Shown: positions 39,921 to 49,894, counted from the stretch's first letter. The stretch: 64,000 nt of DNA from Bacteroidales bacterium (GCA_017438945.1 JAFRUI010000003.1:8664-72663); one strand, 5' to 3'. Numbers and translations are program-made. The notes: generated from the sequence alone by a model not told the origin.

Positions 39921-41036
39921 ATGAGTATAAGTTCAATAATAACAGACGGAAAAATATTTCACGAAAGGTGTAGACGTGCAAAAGCAATCTGGGCACACAT
40001 GAAACATGACATAAAGGCTTGCCATGATTTAGGGGTTACGATACCATCGCTGACAAAAGAGCAAAGGCAAATGGTGGATGAGGTATGGAAGGGAATTCAT
40101 GTGGATGATATCTGGTTCGCTTACTATAACCTTTTTAATGAGGAAGGGCGAGCATGGACTCCTCTGTATTTCCCTGGTAATCTCTTTTTTAGTATTGTGG
40201 ATATGAAATACAATGACTACTGGGGTGCTCTCACAATTGAGGATAAAAACTTCAATAGCTTGTTCTTTTACGATGTCAAACAACCTATTACTGTTGCACG
40301 AAACATAGGGGGAGGAGTATTGGATGAGAACTACAAGATAATATCCATCAATGAACTGCACGATAGACTTTCGCCAGATTGTAGTTATGTTGCAAAACCG
40401 TCAATTGGCACTGGGTCGGGTAGGGGTGTTCTAATATATAAGGCTGGGGAAACGGAAAAATTTGATGAGTTTGTCAAATACGTTGATTCGTTCAAAAATT
40501 GTATTGTACAGAGATTCGCCACACAGCACGAACAAATTGCCTCGATTTATCCAAATTCGATAAACACAATTCGTATGATGACATTCTTCCATAATGGTGA
40601 GGCCAAAGAGTTGTCGACTATTGTGAGAATGGGTGCTGGCGGTAATAGAGTGGACAATGCTACCGCAGGTGGGTTATATGTGGGTGTGGATAAAACAGGT
40701 AATCTAAAAAAAGTTGCGTATAATTATTCTGGTGAAAAGTTTGAATGTCATCCAACTACGGGTGTACTGTTCAAAGGCCACTATGTACCAAACTTCGATA
40801 AGGTGGTAAAGCTTGCAGAAACGTTACACAATCGCTTGGTAAACTTTTCCAAACTTATCTCATGGGATTTTGCTATTGATGCAGAGGGCGACCCACTATT
40901 AATTGAAAAGAACCTTTCGATGAGCGGCCTCTCATTCCACCAGCAGTGCAATGGCCCTGTTTTTGGTGATATGACTCAAGAGATTATTGCGGAAGTGTTC
41001 GATAAGAAGGCAAGACTGTTAAGTAGGGTATTATAA
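39921..41036 (+). CDS. Sugar-transfer-associated ATP-grasp protein, copy 3
   Basis: Same motifs; paralog carrying a 6-aa N-terminal insertion. Confidence 0.85.
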   Translation: MSISSIITDGKIFHERCRRAKAIWAHMKHDIKACHDLGVTIPSLTKEQRQMVDEVWKGIHVDDIWFAYYNLFNEEGRAWTPLYFPGNLFFSIVDMKYNDYWGALTIEDKNFNSLFFYDVKQPITVARNIGGGVLDENYKIISINELHDRLSPDCSYVAKPSIGTGSGRGVLIYKAGETEKFDEFVKYVDSFKNCIVQRFATQHEQIASIYPNSINTIRMMTFFHNGEAKELSTIVRMGAGGNRVDNATAGGLYVGVDKTGNLKKVAYNYSGEKFECHPTTGVLFKGHYVPNFDKVVKLAETLHNRLVNFSKLISWDFAIDAEGDPLLIEKNLSMSGLSFHQQCNGPVFGDMTQEIIAEVFDKKARLLSRVL

Positions 41037-41082
41037 CAGAGCTAAGTATTTGCTTCATTTCTTCAAACATCATGATTTAACA

Positions 41083-42165
41083 ATGAGCGTAGTTATTTTA
41101 AAGAAAATATCTTATGGTCAATTGGAAGAAGACAGTTGGTTGACTGATGATGACAAGTATGGCATTGCATCTTTTGTGGATGCAAATGTCAGACAAACAT
41201 TCTTCCAAAACCCAAATTATACAGACGCTTCTAAAACTGCGGTTCTTCTTATTGTGAATGACGGTATAGTTGTAGGTCGAAGTTTATTATATGGGACAAA
41301 AGTCAAAAGAGGAGACGATGTTGTTGATGCTCAATCGTTTGGAAGTATCGAGGTTCATGAGAGTCAACGCGGGAAAGGCATGGGGACCAAAATCGCCAAT
41401 TACTCATTGGAGAATGATGAATATCCGTTATTCCTTTGCTCATTGTTGTCGGATGCATGTGATTCTATAATGAAGAAAAACGATTGCACGTTGTTTTATT
41501 TCCCCGAAATGATAAAATTAATTAATGTAGAATCGGCATTTGCGTGTCGAGGGTTGAAAGGTTTGCCGTTGAAAATATGTTCAGGTTTGAGCGATGTTTT
41601 TCTTGGGATCTTGAATGTTCCAACTAAAGCAAGAATAAAGAGGTTAAAAAAGAAGTATTGTCTAAAAAAAGAGGACGGCATTCCAGACTGGGCGGGAGAC
41701 ATGTGCACGAATGACGGACACAAGTACGCTGAACTACATGACAATGCTTGGCTGAAATGGAATTTGAAATACAATCTTACTGGTAAACCACAAGACAAAC
41801 AGTCGTTCTATTCCATTTATAAAAGGGATAAACCAATTGGTTTTCTCTTTACGAAAGAGAGGCTTAGGGATGACGTGTCAAGTGAAATGATAATAGGAAC
41901 ATTATGTGAATGGGCAAGTGTGGACGAGGAACTAACGGAGACAGACATTAATTTGTTGGCATATTCAACTTTCGGGAAAAAGTGTTATTATATGCGTACT
42001 GTTACAAACAGCACAAGAACATGCAGCGAGTTGCGGGAGTGTTGGTTTACGAATCATGGTAAAATGCAAATGGGATTCAAGGATAAATTAGGACAATACC
42101 CCGACATGGCAAATATGGCAAATTGGCGTATAAGATTTGGGTGTTGTAATTCGATTCTTTTTTAG
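41083..42165 (+). CDS. GNAT-fold N-acyltransferase-like protein
   Basis: V...GR...IEVHESQRGKGMGTKI (acyl-CoA motif A); WLKW in the second half. Confidence 0.7.
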   Translation: MSVVILKKISYGQLEEDSWLTDDDKYGIASFVDANVRQTFFQNPNYTDASKTAVLLIVNDGIVVGRSLLYGTKVKRGDDVVDAQSFGSIEVHESQRGKGMGTKIANYSLENDEYPLFLCSLLSDACDSIMKKNDCTLFYFPEMIKLINVESAFACRGLKGLPLKICSGLSDVFLGILNVPTKARIKRLKKKYCLKKEDGIPDWAGDMCTNDGHKYAELHDNAWLKWNLKYNLTGKPQDKQSFYSIYKRDKPIGFLFTKERLRDDVSSEMIIGTLCEWASVDEELTETDINLLAYSTFGKKCYYMRTVTNSTRTCSELRECWFTNHGKMQMGFKDKLGQYPDMANMANWRIRFGCCNSILF

Positions 42166-42411
42166 TTTTCTATCTCAAGTTGATAAGACAATGGGGTTGG
42201 CTTTTTCGATTGAAGATAAGCAACGAAGAAAAGAGAATGTAAGTTTTATGGAAGAATATACATTTTAAATCGCACTTATACAATACTTTATACGAAGTAT
42301 AGATATTAAACAACATGTATGGCAACTACTAAGTCGAGATAACTCTGTTTAAGTCATATACTTGTTTTGGTCGAAATAGGGGAGAAAAACACCTGATTTG
42401 ATAAAGTGAAT

Positions 42412-44163
42412 ATGCATTTATCCTATTTGTACACAACTTCCTTTGACGTATTGCAGAATATCGGTTTTTCATTCGATCACCGATATTCATTCTCCATTTC
42501 GGATGGAAATACACTGATCATCAGGCGTAACGATACAATCCCCGCTGACTTTTGGGAGCAGGGCATCTATTCACTCACTGCGATTATTGGTGTCAACGGA
42601 AGCGGGAAGACCACCGTTCTTCGGTTGTTGAAACACTTGTTTGTAGAGGGTTACCCAAGAAACGAAGATTTGAAGGTGCTGATTGTTTATGAACAAAATG
42701 GGGAACTGTATATATATAACACCACGAACATTAAAGTGGTGGCCGGTGAAGGAATTGTTTTACATCCAGAATCCAGAAGATTTTCATTAGAAACTTTTTA
42801 TTATTCCGGGCATTTTCAGCCGTATATGGGAGTGGATGGGGAAATGGAACTTGCAGGAAGTTACGAGGCTTCGGATGCCTGGCTACTCGTTAAAGATTTG
42901 CAAGACTATTCAAATATTGATTCCCTGCATTTGAGCGAGCCCTTGTACAACTACCTTTTGGCCTATTTCGCCCAAAACAACTATCGTATATGTGAGATAC
43001 TTGCACTGGATGGCTTAAGTGAGCTGTTAAAAACAATACAATTGCCAAAATTTGTGCAATTTGCTCCCAACAGGGGTGGATGGAATGCCATAAAACTTGG
43101 GAGGATTAGTCGCTTTGATAAAATTGAGATTCCAAGAGAACAATTGACTTCAGTCGATATCAAGGAAAAATCTATAGAGCGTATCGTCTATTATGACATC
43201 ATCAATCTTATTGCGGAAGGAAAGGGTAATCAAAGTGATTTGTTGATGCTTCTAAATGATTGGGTTAAGGCACCAAAAAATTATGGTATTGTTAATGCTT
43301 TAACAAACTATGTCAAGGAACGTAAAATGGCTGCCGAGACATATAAAGCTCTTGGATCGCTGCTATATGTAGTGAAAAAGATGGTGGCAATCTGTGATTT
43401 TGACGAGGGGAGCGGTTCGTTCTATCTTGACGTTCAAAAGGATAAAGACAGACTACGATCTTTATTGGAAGAAGTTATAAATAGCCAGTATTTTTTAACT
43501 GCCAGATTTTTTGATTTTATCTATAGCCATAATTTGTACGAAAACACCTTTCTGAGTTCAGGAGAGCTTGAACTGTTAAACTTGCTGTCGAGACTGAATT
43601 ATGGCATTTCCATTGCTCCAAAGCGTTTTGGGAATATTGAGTCTCCCCGACTTTTGCTGATTGATGAGGCGGAGATTGGTTATCATCCGAAACTACAAAT
43701 GCAATATGTAAGGATTTTGAATGAGTTCATTCACTATATGCGTGTGAAGGGTGGGGTTGATTTCCAGATTGTGATTACGTCCCATTCCCCCATTATCCTT
43801 AGTGATGTTCCTGCTTGTTGTGTAAACTTCTTGAATAGAGAAAACGGGAAATCTGCTGTTATTGTTTCTGATGAGAAAGAAACTTTTGGCGAGAATGTGT
43901 TTAACCTCTATCGCAGAGCTTTCTTCATGAAAAATGGTTTAATAGGAGCTTTTGCTCAAAAGAAACTAAACCAAGTGGTAAAAGACATTGAAGAGGACGA
44001 GGTTACTGTTAACACCAGGAAGACTATAGCGTTGACTGGGGATTTACGGATAAGGGATTATTTGCTGAGAAGGATTGCGTCTAAAAATATTGACTCTGAA
44101 ATAGCTTATCATGAAGCGATGATTCAAGAATTGAAGGCAAGAAGGAGGACTAAGAATGAATAA
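42412..44163 (+). CDS. AAA/ABC-type ATPase (PtuA-like, Septu-type defence)
   Basis: Walker A GVNGSGKT, signature LSSGE, Walker B LLLIDEAE.GYHP, H-loop TSHSPIILSD, ETFG.N...L...FF...IG.FA. Confidence 0.85.
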   Translation: MHLSYLYTTSFDVLQNIGFSFDHRYSFSISDGNTLIIRRNDTIPADFWEQGIYSLTAIIGVNGSGKTTVLRLLKHLFVEGYPRNEDLKVLIVYEQNGELYIYNTTNIKVVAGEGIVLHPESRRFSLETFYYSGHFQPYMGVDGEMELAGSYEASDAWLLVKDLQDYSNIDSLHLSEPLYNYLLAYFAQNNYRICEILALDGLSELLKTIQLPKFVQFAPNRGGWNAIKLGRISRFDKIEIPREQLTSVDIKEKSIERIVYYDIINLIAEGKGNQSDLLMLLNDWVKAPKNYGIVNALTNYVKERKMAAETYKALGSLLYVVKKMVAICDFDEGSGSFYLDVQKDKDRLRSLLEEVINSQYFLTARFFDFIYSHNLYENTFLSSGELELLNLLSRLNYGISIAPKRFGNIESPRLLLIDEAEIGYHPKLQMQYVRILNEFIHYMRVKGGVDFQIVITSHSPIILSDVPACCVNFLNRENGKSAVIVSDEKETFGENVFNLYRRAFFMKNGLIGAFAQKKLNQVVKDIEEDEVTVNTRKTIALTGDLRIRDYLLRRIASKNIDSEIAYHEAMIQELKARRRTKNE

Positions 44164-45142
44164 GATAGCAGGGGATAGATTGGGCGTAGATGGTGAGAGT
44201 CGCAGCCTGGATAGTATCCGGGATTATCTGATTGATGAAATTGAGGACGAAATCAAGGTGGCGCTTGAGAATAAGATTCCAACACTGGATGCGGCAGATC
44301 AGCCAGTGGCCACTAAGATTAAAGAGCATTTGCACACTCTTTTAACGGCAAATGTGTTTTGGCTGAACAAAATAGCCAAGTATTTTGATACCAAATACAA
44401 GGACAGGTTTTATGAAAAGCCCACCAAGCAATGGAAGAGTACAGCATTGGGAAAGGCTATTCTGGATGCTTTCAACTATTCAAATCATAGGGGATCGGTG
44501 TTAGTGGAGGTTGCAAGGCGGTTGAATGTTAAGACTTGTCCCTATTGCAATATGCACTACACACTGTATGCCAATGAAAATATTCAGCTGAAACGGAAAA
44601 CAAAAGTGGCGGGAATAACAAGATTTCAGTTCGACCACTTTTATGACAAGTTGCACTATCCAATGCTGAGCATGTCGTTTTATAACCTCATACCCTCTTG
44701 TGCCGTATGCAATCAAGGAAAATCAGCCAAAGCCTTGTCATTGGCATATCATCCCTATTATTCGGATATTCATAAACAATTCCACTTTGAACTGACCGAC
44801 CCGTTGGGACCTTATACGGCTGCAAGGGTAAATGACGAGGTGGAGATAGAACTAGTTCCAGAAGCAGGTGTTAACAAGGCAGAGTTTGAGGAGTACAGGG
44901 ATACTTTTCATTTGAAATCGCTTTATGGCCGTCATGGCGATGTGGTGCAAGAAGTGTATGATAAAGCCTACGAAGAGCCGTATTACATGGATCCCACGAA
45001 TTTTAAATTCCTTGGTAATAGAGGTTCCGATTACTTGAAAAGGTTGTGGATGGGAAACTATACCGAGCTGGATGAGATAGAGAAACGCCCGATGGCAAAG
45101 TTTATGCAGGATATGTGGCGGCAAGCAAAAGGGGAGATGTAA
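44156..45142 (+). CDS. HNH endonuclease (PtuB-like)
   Basis: CPYCN...DHFY.K..YP.L..S.YNLIPSC.VCN..K...HPY; overlaps the ATPase stop by 8 bp. Confidence 0.85.
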   Translation: MNKIAGDRLGVDGESRSLDSIRDYLIDEIEDEIKVALENKIPTLDAADQPVATKIKEHLHTLLTANVFWLNKIAKYFDTKYKDRFYEKPTKQWKSTALGKAILDAFNYSNHRGSVLVEVARRLNVKTCPYCNMHYTLYANENIQLKRKTKVAGITRFQFDHFYDKLHYPMLSMSFYNLIPSCAVCNQGKSAKALSLAYHPYYSDIHKQFHFELTDPLGPYTAARVNDEVEIELVPEAGVNKAEFEEYRDTFHLKSLYGRHGDVVQEVYDKAYEEPYYMDPTNFKFLGNRGSDYLKRLWMGNYTELDEIEKRPMAKFMQDMWRQAKGEM

Positions 45143-45369
45143 TGTACGTTTACGGGGAAAGCCGTCTTGCAGCATTTTTGAAGACTTCGCACTTTTGTAA
45201 CCAGATAGTGAGCTTCGCTGTTGGTGAGCCTGCGGCTGTTGATTAATTCGTGTTAACATGAAATAACCAACATGAAACAACCAACATTCACTCACCAACA
45301 CGAATTAACGTAAGTTTCCGGTGAACACCGTTTTGCAACATTCCTAGAGACTTCGCGCTTTTGCAGCTA
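45140..45369. repeat. Two 64-bp direct repeats enclosing inverted repeats and a 14-bp tandem repeat
   Basis: 45140-45203 vs 45306-45369 are 48/64 identical without gaps. A 12-bp IR (45243-45254 / 45297-45308) and a 10-bp IR (45219-45228 / 45291-45300) lie between them. Confidence 0.85.
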
Positions 45370-45444
45370 TTTGATTTGGCCACGAGGTAGGGGACTTATA
45401 AAGTTTATGGTTTACAGTTAGTTGTGAACAAAGTTCAAGGTTTT

Positions 45445-45759
45445 ATGATCATAGATAAGATACTATTAGACGATTTATCAGCCAAGGCCAAGGCCTCGCC
45501 CCGCCTGCGCTGCAACCTCGACCTCCGCAACAGCCCCGAGGACAACTCCCAGCGCATGCTCAACGCCCTCGAGCCCGGCACCGTGATGCCCATCCACCGC
45601 CACCTCGGCTCCAGCGAGACCTGCGTCTGCGTCCGCGGACATTTCTAGGAATACTTCTAAGACGACCACGGCAACCTCAACGACACCATCGATATGGTAC
45701 CCAGTGGGGTTGTGCTGAATATAGAGAAAGGCCAATGGCACAGCTTGAAGTGCCTGGAA
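45445..45759 (+). pseudogene. WbuC-family cupin pseudogene
   Basis: MIIDK..LD.L..KAKASPRLR.N.DLR...SQRMLNALEPGT.MPIHRH. In-frame TAG (45646) and TAA (45658), then DDHGNL.DTIDM...LNIEKGQWHSLKCLE before the similarity ends. Confidence 0.88.
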
Positions 45760-46091
45760 AAGCGAAGACTTCGACGATTGATGAACTGGTGAATGAAGGA
45801 ATCATCTTACGGTCGAAGAGGGGTAAGCTGTCAATGTCGAAGGAGTATAGAAAACTGGTTGCAGAGATTAGTCATTGTGGTGATAAAAATGGTGGTGTAA
45901 AATCTCTGGAAGGTGTACTTAAAGATGTTTATTTGATTGTTCTCAATAATCCTGGAATCAAGATTGGTCAAGTTGCAGAAATAAGAGGGAAATCCAAATC
46001 AACAGTATGGAAACAGCTGGCAGCTTTGAAGAAAATAGATTTGATTGAGTACCGTGACTCGGATAAGACGGGTGGATATTATGTGAAGTGA
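45760..46091 (+). pseudogene. Orphan C-terminal winged-HTH fragment of a larger gene
   Basis: VY..V..NPGI....VAE..GKSKSTV.KQL..LKK..LIEYR.SDKTGGYY resembles wHTH tails of larger Fic or ATP-binding proteins; the ORF-track ATG (45735) lies inside cupin sequence. Confidence 0.6.
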
Positions 46092-46188
46092 GACGAAGCC
46101 TGAGGGCGGAAGTATGAAGTAAGAGATATGAGGGATGAAATATAAAATATAAAATAACGAATATAACAATTTAAACATTTAGAATATC

Positions 46189-47235
46189 ATGTCCGTATTT
46201 AAAGACAAAACCCTCCTCATCACAGGAGGTACCGGCAGTTTTGGCAATGCTGTTTTAAACCGTTTTCTGAGAACAGATGTTGGTGAAATCCGCATCTTCT
46301 CCCGCGACGAGAAGAAACAGGACGATATGCGCCACGACTTCCAGGCCCGGATGCCCGAGGTGGCCAACAAAATCAAGTTCTACATAGGCGATGTGCGCAA
46401 CAAATCGACACTGAAATACGCTATGCAGGGTGTGGACTATGTCTTCCATGCGGCAGCCCTCAAACAAGTTCCCTCCTGCGAGTTCTTCCCGATGGAGGCC
46501 GTAAAGACCAACGTCATCGGAACGGACAATGTGCTGGATGCCTCGATCAACGCCGGCGTGAAGTGCGTGATTTGCCTCTCCACCGACAAGGCCGCCTATC
46601 CCATCAACGCTATGGGCATTACCAAGGCCATCGAGGAGAAGATCGCCGTGGCCAAGAGCCGTCTCAGTGGCGATACCAAGATCTGCTGCACCCGCTACGG
46701 CAATGTGATGTGCTCGCGCGGCAGCGTCATCCCTCTTTGGATTGACCAGATCCGCAAGGGCAATCCCATCACCCTCACCGAGCCCAAGATGACTCGCTTC
46801 ATCATGTCGCTTGAGGAGGCTGTTGATCTCGTGTTGTTTGCCTTTGAGCATGGTCAGAATGGCGATATTCTTGTCCAAAAAGCTCCCGCCTGCACCATCC
46901 AGACCCAGGCTGAGGCCGTGTGCGAGCTCTTTGGCGGCAAGAAAGAGGAAATCAAAGTGATCGGCATCCGTCACGGCGAGAAGATGTACGAAACCCTGCT
47001 CACCAAGGAGGAGTGCGCCAAGGCCGAGGACATGGGCAACTTCTACCGCGTGCCCGCCGACAATCGTGACCTCAACTACGATAAGTACTTCAAGGAGGGC
47101 GACACCAAGCGGGCTACCATCGAGGAGTTCAACAGCGACAATACCTATCGTCTGAACCTCGAAGAAACTAAGGCAAAAATCTCTTCTTTGGAGTACATCC
47201 AGAACGAATTGAACGGAATCCCAAATCTAGTGTAA
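46189..47235 (+). CDS. fnlA: UDP-GlcNAc 4,6-dehydratase/5-epimerase (FnlA/CapE/WbjB)
   Basis: TGGTGSFG, SRDEKKQDDMR, AAALKQVPSCEF, STDKAAYPINAMG and YGNV..SRGSV. Confidence 0.92.
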   Translation: MSVFKDKTLLITGGTGSFGNAVLNRFLRTDVGEIRIFSRDEKKQDDMRHDFQARMPEVANKIKFYIGDVRNKSTLKYAMQGVDYVFHAAALKQVPSCEFFPMEAVKTNVIGTDNVLDASINAGVKCVICLSTDKAAYPINAMGITKAIEEKIAVAKSRLSGDTKICCTRYGNVMCSRGSVIPLWIDQIRKGNPITLTEPKMTRFIMSLEEAVDLVLFAFEHGQNGDILVQKAPACTIQTQAEAVCELFGGKKEEIKVIGIRHGEKMYETLLTKEECAKAEDMGNFYRVPADNRDLNYDKYFKEGDTKRATIEEFNSDNTYRLNLEETKAKISSLEYIQNELNGIPNLV

Positions 47236-47295
47236 ATAGTTCAAGAAGTTCAAGGGTTCAAGAGGTACATCTTAAACTCATAATTTTAATTTGGT

Positions 47296-48459
47296 ATGGC
47301 AAAATTTCAAGATAACGGGAAATTAAAGATTTTAATCATCGTGGGTACCCGTCCCGAGATCATCCGTTTGGCAGCAGTGATTAACAAGTGCCGCCAGTAC
47401 TTTGATACTATCCTGGCCCATACTGGTCAGAACTACGACTACAATCTCAATGGCGTTTTCTTCAAGGATCTGAAGCTCGCCGACCCTGAAGTTTATATGG
47501 ATGCGGTCGGTAGCGACTTGGGCGAGACAATGGGCAATATCATCGCAAAGAGTTACCAATTGATGGTGGAGTTGAAACCAGATGCCGTATTGGTTTTGGG
47601 CGATACTAACAGCTGTCTGAGTGTAATTGGTGCCAAGCGTCTGCATATCCCGATCTTCCACATGGAGGCCGGCAACCGCTGCAAGGATGAATGTTTGCCC
47701 GAGGAGACCAACCGTCGCATCGTCGATATCATCAGCGATGTGAACATGGCCTATAGCGAGCACGCCCGTCGCTATCTGGCAGATACGGGTCTTCCGAAAG
47801 AGCGTACCTATGTCACGGGTTCGCCTATGGCTGAGGTGCTACACAACAACTTGGTGGAGATTGAATCCAGCGACATCCACCAGCGGTTAGGGCTGGAGAA
47901 GGGCAAGTACATCTTGTTGAGTGCCCACCGCGAGGAGAATATCGACATGGAGATGAACTTTATGTCGTTGTTCACTGCCATTAACAAGATGGCTGAGAAG
48001 TATGACATGCCGATACTCTACAGCTGTCACCCACGTTCGAGAAAACGTTTGGAGGCCAGCGGTTTCCAGTTGGACAAGCGTGTTGTCCGGCACGAACCCC
48101 TCGGTTTCCACGATTACAACTGCTTGCAGATGAATGCCTTCTGCGTGGTCAGCGATAGTGGCACGTTGCCAGAGGAAAGCTCCTTCTTCACCAGCGTGGG
48201 GCATCCCTTCCCGGCGGTCTGCATCCGCACGAGCACCGAGCGCCCCGAGGCATTAGACAAAGGTTGTTTCGTGCTGAGCGGCATCGACACGGTAGGTTTG
48301 TTGCAGAGCGTCGATGTGGCGGTAAGTCTCATCAAAGACGGCTACCACGGCATCCCGGTCCCAGACTACGTGGACGAGAATGTTTCCACCAAAGTTGTCC
48401 GCATCATCCAAAGCTACGTGGGCGTGGTGAACAAGATGGTCTGGCGAAAGGACTTGTAA
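47296..48459 (+). CDS. fnlC: UDP-2-acetamido-2,6-dideoxy-L-talose 2-epimerase (FnlC/WbjD)
   Basis: GTRPEIIRL, HTGQNYD, GDTNS, HMEAGNR, HREEN, SDSGT and ERPE. Confidence 0.9.
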   Translation: MAKFQDNGKLKILIIVGTRPEIIRLAAVINKCRQYFDTILAHTGQNYDYNLNGVFFKDLKLADPEVYMDAVGSDLGETMGNIIAKSYQLMVELKPDAVLVLGDTNSCLSVIGAKRLHIPIFHMEAGNRCKDECLPEETNRRIVDIISDVNMAYSEHARRYLADTGLPKERTYVTGSPMAEVLHNNLVEIESSDIHQRLGLEKGKYILLSAHREENIDMEMNFMSLFTAINKMAEKYDMPILYSCHPRSRKRLEASGFQLDKRVVRHEPLGFHDYNCLQMNAFCVVSDSGTLPEESSFFTSVGHPFPAVCIRTSTERPEALDKGCFVLSGIDTVGLLQSVDVAVSLIKDGYHGIPVPDYVDENVSTKVVRIIQSYVGVVNKMVWRKDL

Positions 48460-48497
48460 GGTTCAATGAGTTTATACCCCCTTAAACTCTTCAAAGA

Positions 48498-49703
48498 ATG
48501 AAAATACTAGTGACAGGCGCGAAGGGTTTCGTAGGCAAAAACCTTTGTGCCGCTTTAGAATGCATAAAAGACGGTAAGGACCGTCGTTACCCCGAGTTGA
48601 GCATCGAGGAAATCTATGAATACGACCTAGACACCGATCCGGCGCTGCTGGACGAATTCGCTACGAAGGCGGACTTTGTCTTCAACCTCGCCGGTGTGAA
48701 CCGTCCGCAGAATCAGGAGGAGTTCATGCAGGGCAATTTCGGCTTCGCCAGCACCTTGTTGGACACTTTGAAGAAACACGGCAACCGTTGTCCGGTGATG
48801 CTTTCCAGTTCGCAGCAGGCGAGTCTGACGGGGCGTTTCGGAAATAGCGAGTACGGTCGCAGCAAAAAAGCTGGGGAGGACTTGTTCCTCAGATACGGCA
48901 AGGCGACAGACACCAGGGTATTCGTTTACAGATTCCCCAATCTGTTCGGAAAGTGGTGTCGTCCCAACTACAACAGTGCGGTGGCCACGTTCTGCAACGC
49001 CTTTGCCAACGACCTGCCTTATACGGTGAACGACCCTTTCGTGGAGTTGGAGCTTCTCTATATCGATGATTTGGTTGACGAGATGATTGCCTGTCTGAAA
49101 GGAGGAGAGCATCATTGTGAATTTGAAGGACTTGAGGTTGTCCCCAAAACGGATGGAAAGTATTGCTATGTGCCCACGACTCATAAAATAACTCTCGGTG
49201 GTATTGTTGACCTGCTCAAGAGTTTTGCCGCGCAGCCGAAAACGCTCATGATTCCTGAAATCCCCGCCAACAGTTTTGCCAAGAAGCTCTACAGCACCTA
49301 CCTGAGCTATCTGCCAAAAGAGAAGGTTGCTTTTCCGTTGAAGATGAATGTGGATGACCGGGGCTCTTTCACCGAGCTGGTCCACACACTGAATTGTGGA
49401 CAGGTGAGCATCAACATCTCCAAGCCTGGCATCACCAAGGGTCAGCATTGGCATCATACTAAATGGGAGTTCTTCATCGTGGTGAGCGGCCATGGCCTCA
49501 TTCAGGAGCGCAACCTCAACGACCCCGAGGGCAAGGTGATTGAGTTTGAAGTTTCGGGCGACAACATCCAGTGCATCCACATGCTCCCCGGCTATACCCA
49601 CAATATCATCAACCTCTCCGAAACAGAAAACCTCGTGACAGTGATGTACTGTAATGAAGTCTTTGATCCTAGCAGACCGGACACGTTCTATGAGAAGGTG
49701 TAA
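48498..49703 (+). CDS. fnlB: FnlB/CapF/WbjC reductase with C-terminal cupin
   Basis: TGAKGFVGKNL, LAGVNRP, YG.SK, FGKWCRPNYNS, DDRGSFTE and KG.HWHH.K.E. Confidence 0.92.
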   Translation: MKILVTGAKGFVGKNLCAALECIKDGKDRRYPELSIEEIYEYDLDTDPALLDEFATKADFVFNLAGVNRPQNQEEFMQGNFGFASTLLDTLKKHGNRCPVMLSSSQQASLTGRFGNSEYGRSKKAGEDLFLRYGKATDTRVFVYRFPNLFGKWCRPNYNSAVATFCNAFANDLPYTVNDPFVELELLYIDDLVDEMIACLKGGEHHCEFEGLEVVPKTDGKYCYVPTTHKITLGGIVDLLKSFAAQPKTLMIPEIPANSFAKKLYSTYLSYLPKEKVAFPLKMNVDDRGSFTELVHTLNCGQVSINISKPGITKGQHWHHTKWEFFIVVSGHGLIQERNLNDPEGKVIEFEVSGDNIQCIHMLPGYTHNIINLSETENLVTVMYCNEVFDPSRPDTFYEKV

Positions 49704-49862
49704 GGATTGGGGAGTGTAATTATTTGTGTAACAAACGAGCGGCGTAGAATCTGACATGGCAAAAATATAAGCGACCAAATGCCTGAATACAAGAGAATTA
49801 ATCAAGCTACAATCCATGTCTCACAGAAGATAATGATAAAATATCTAAAAAAACTGATTATG

Positions 49863-49894
49863 TTTGGCTGTTTGAAAAAAATAAGATATTTTTG
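49863..49894 (+). promoter_or_regulatory. Internal Bacteroidetes promoter
   Basis: TTTG (49863-49866), 20-nt spacer, TATTTTTG (49887-49894) in a ~300-bp AT-rich gap. Confidence 0.55.

Noticed and set aside
42166-45420. Retron (type I-A) interpretation of the ATPase+HNH pair
   Set aside because: No reverse transcriptase ORF in the window and no recognisable msr/msd upstream; called Septu-like instead.
45646-45660. Stop-codon recoding in the cupin gene
   Set aside because: Two different stops (TAG and TAA), both used as real stops elsewhere in the window, and the gene is also truncated.
49739-49747. ops-like GCGGCGTAG sequence
   Set aside because: Short, imperfect and upstream of the internal promoter candidate; could be chance.
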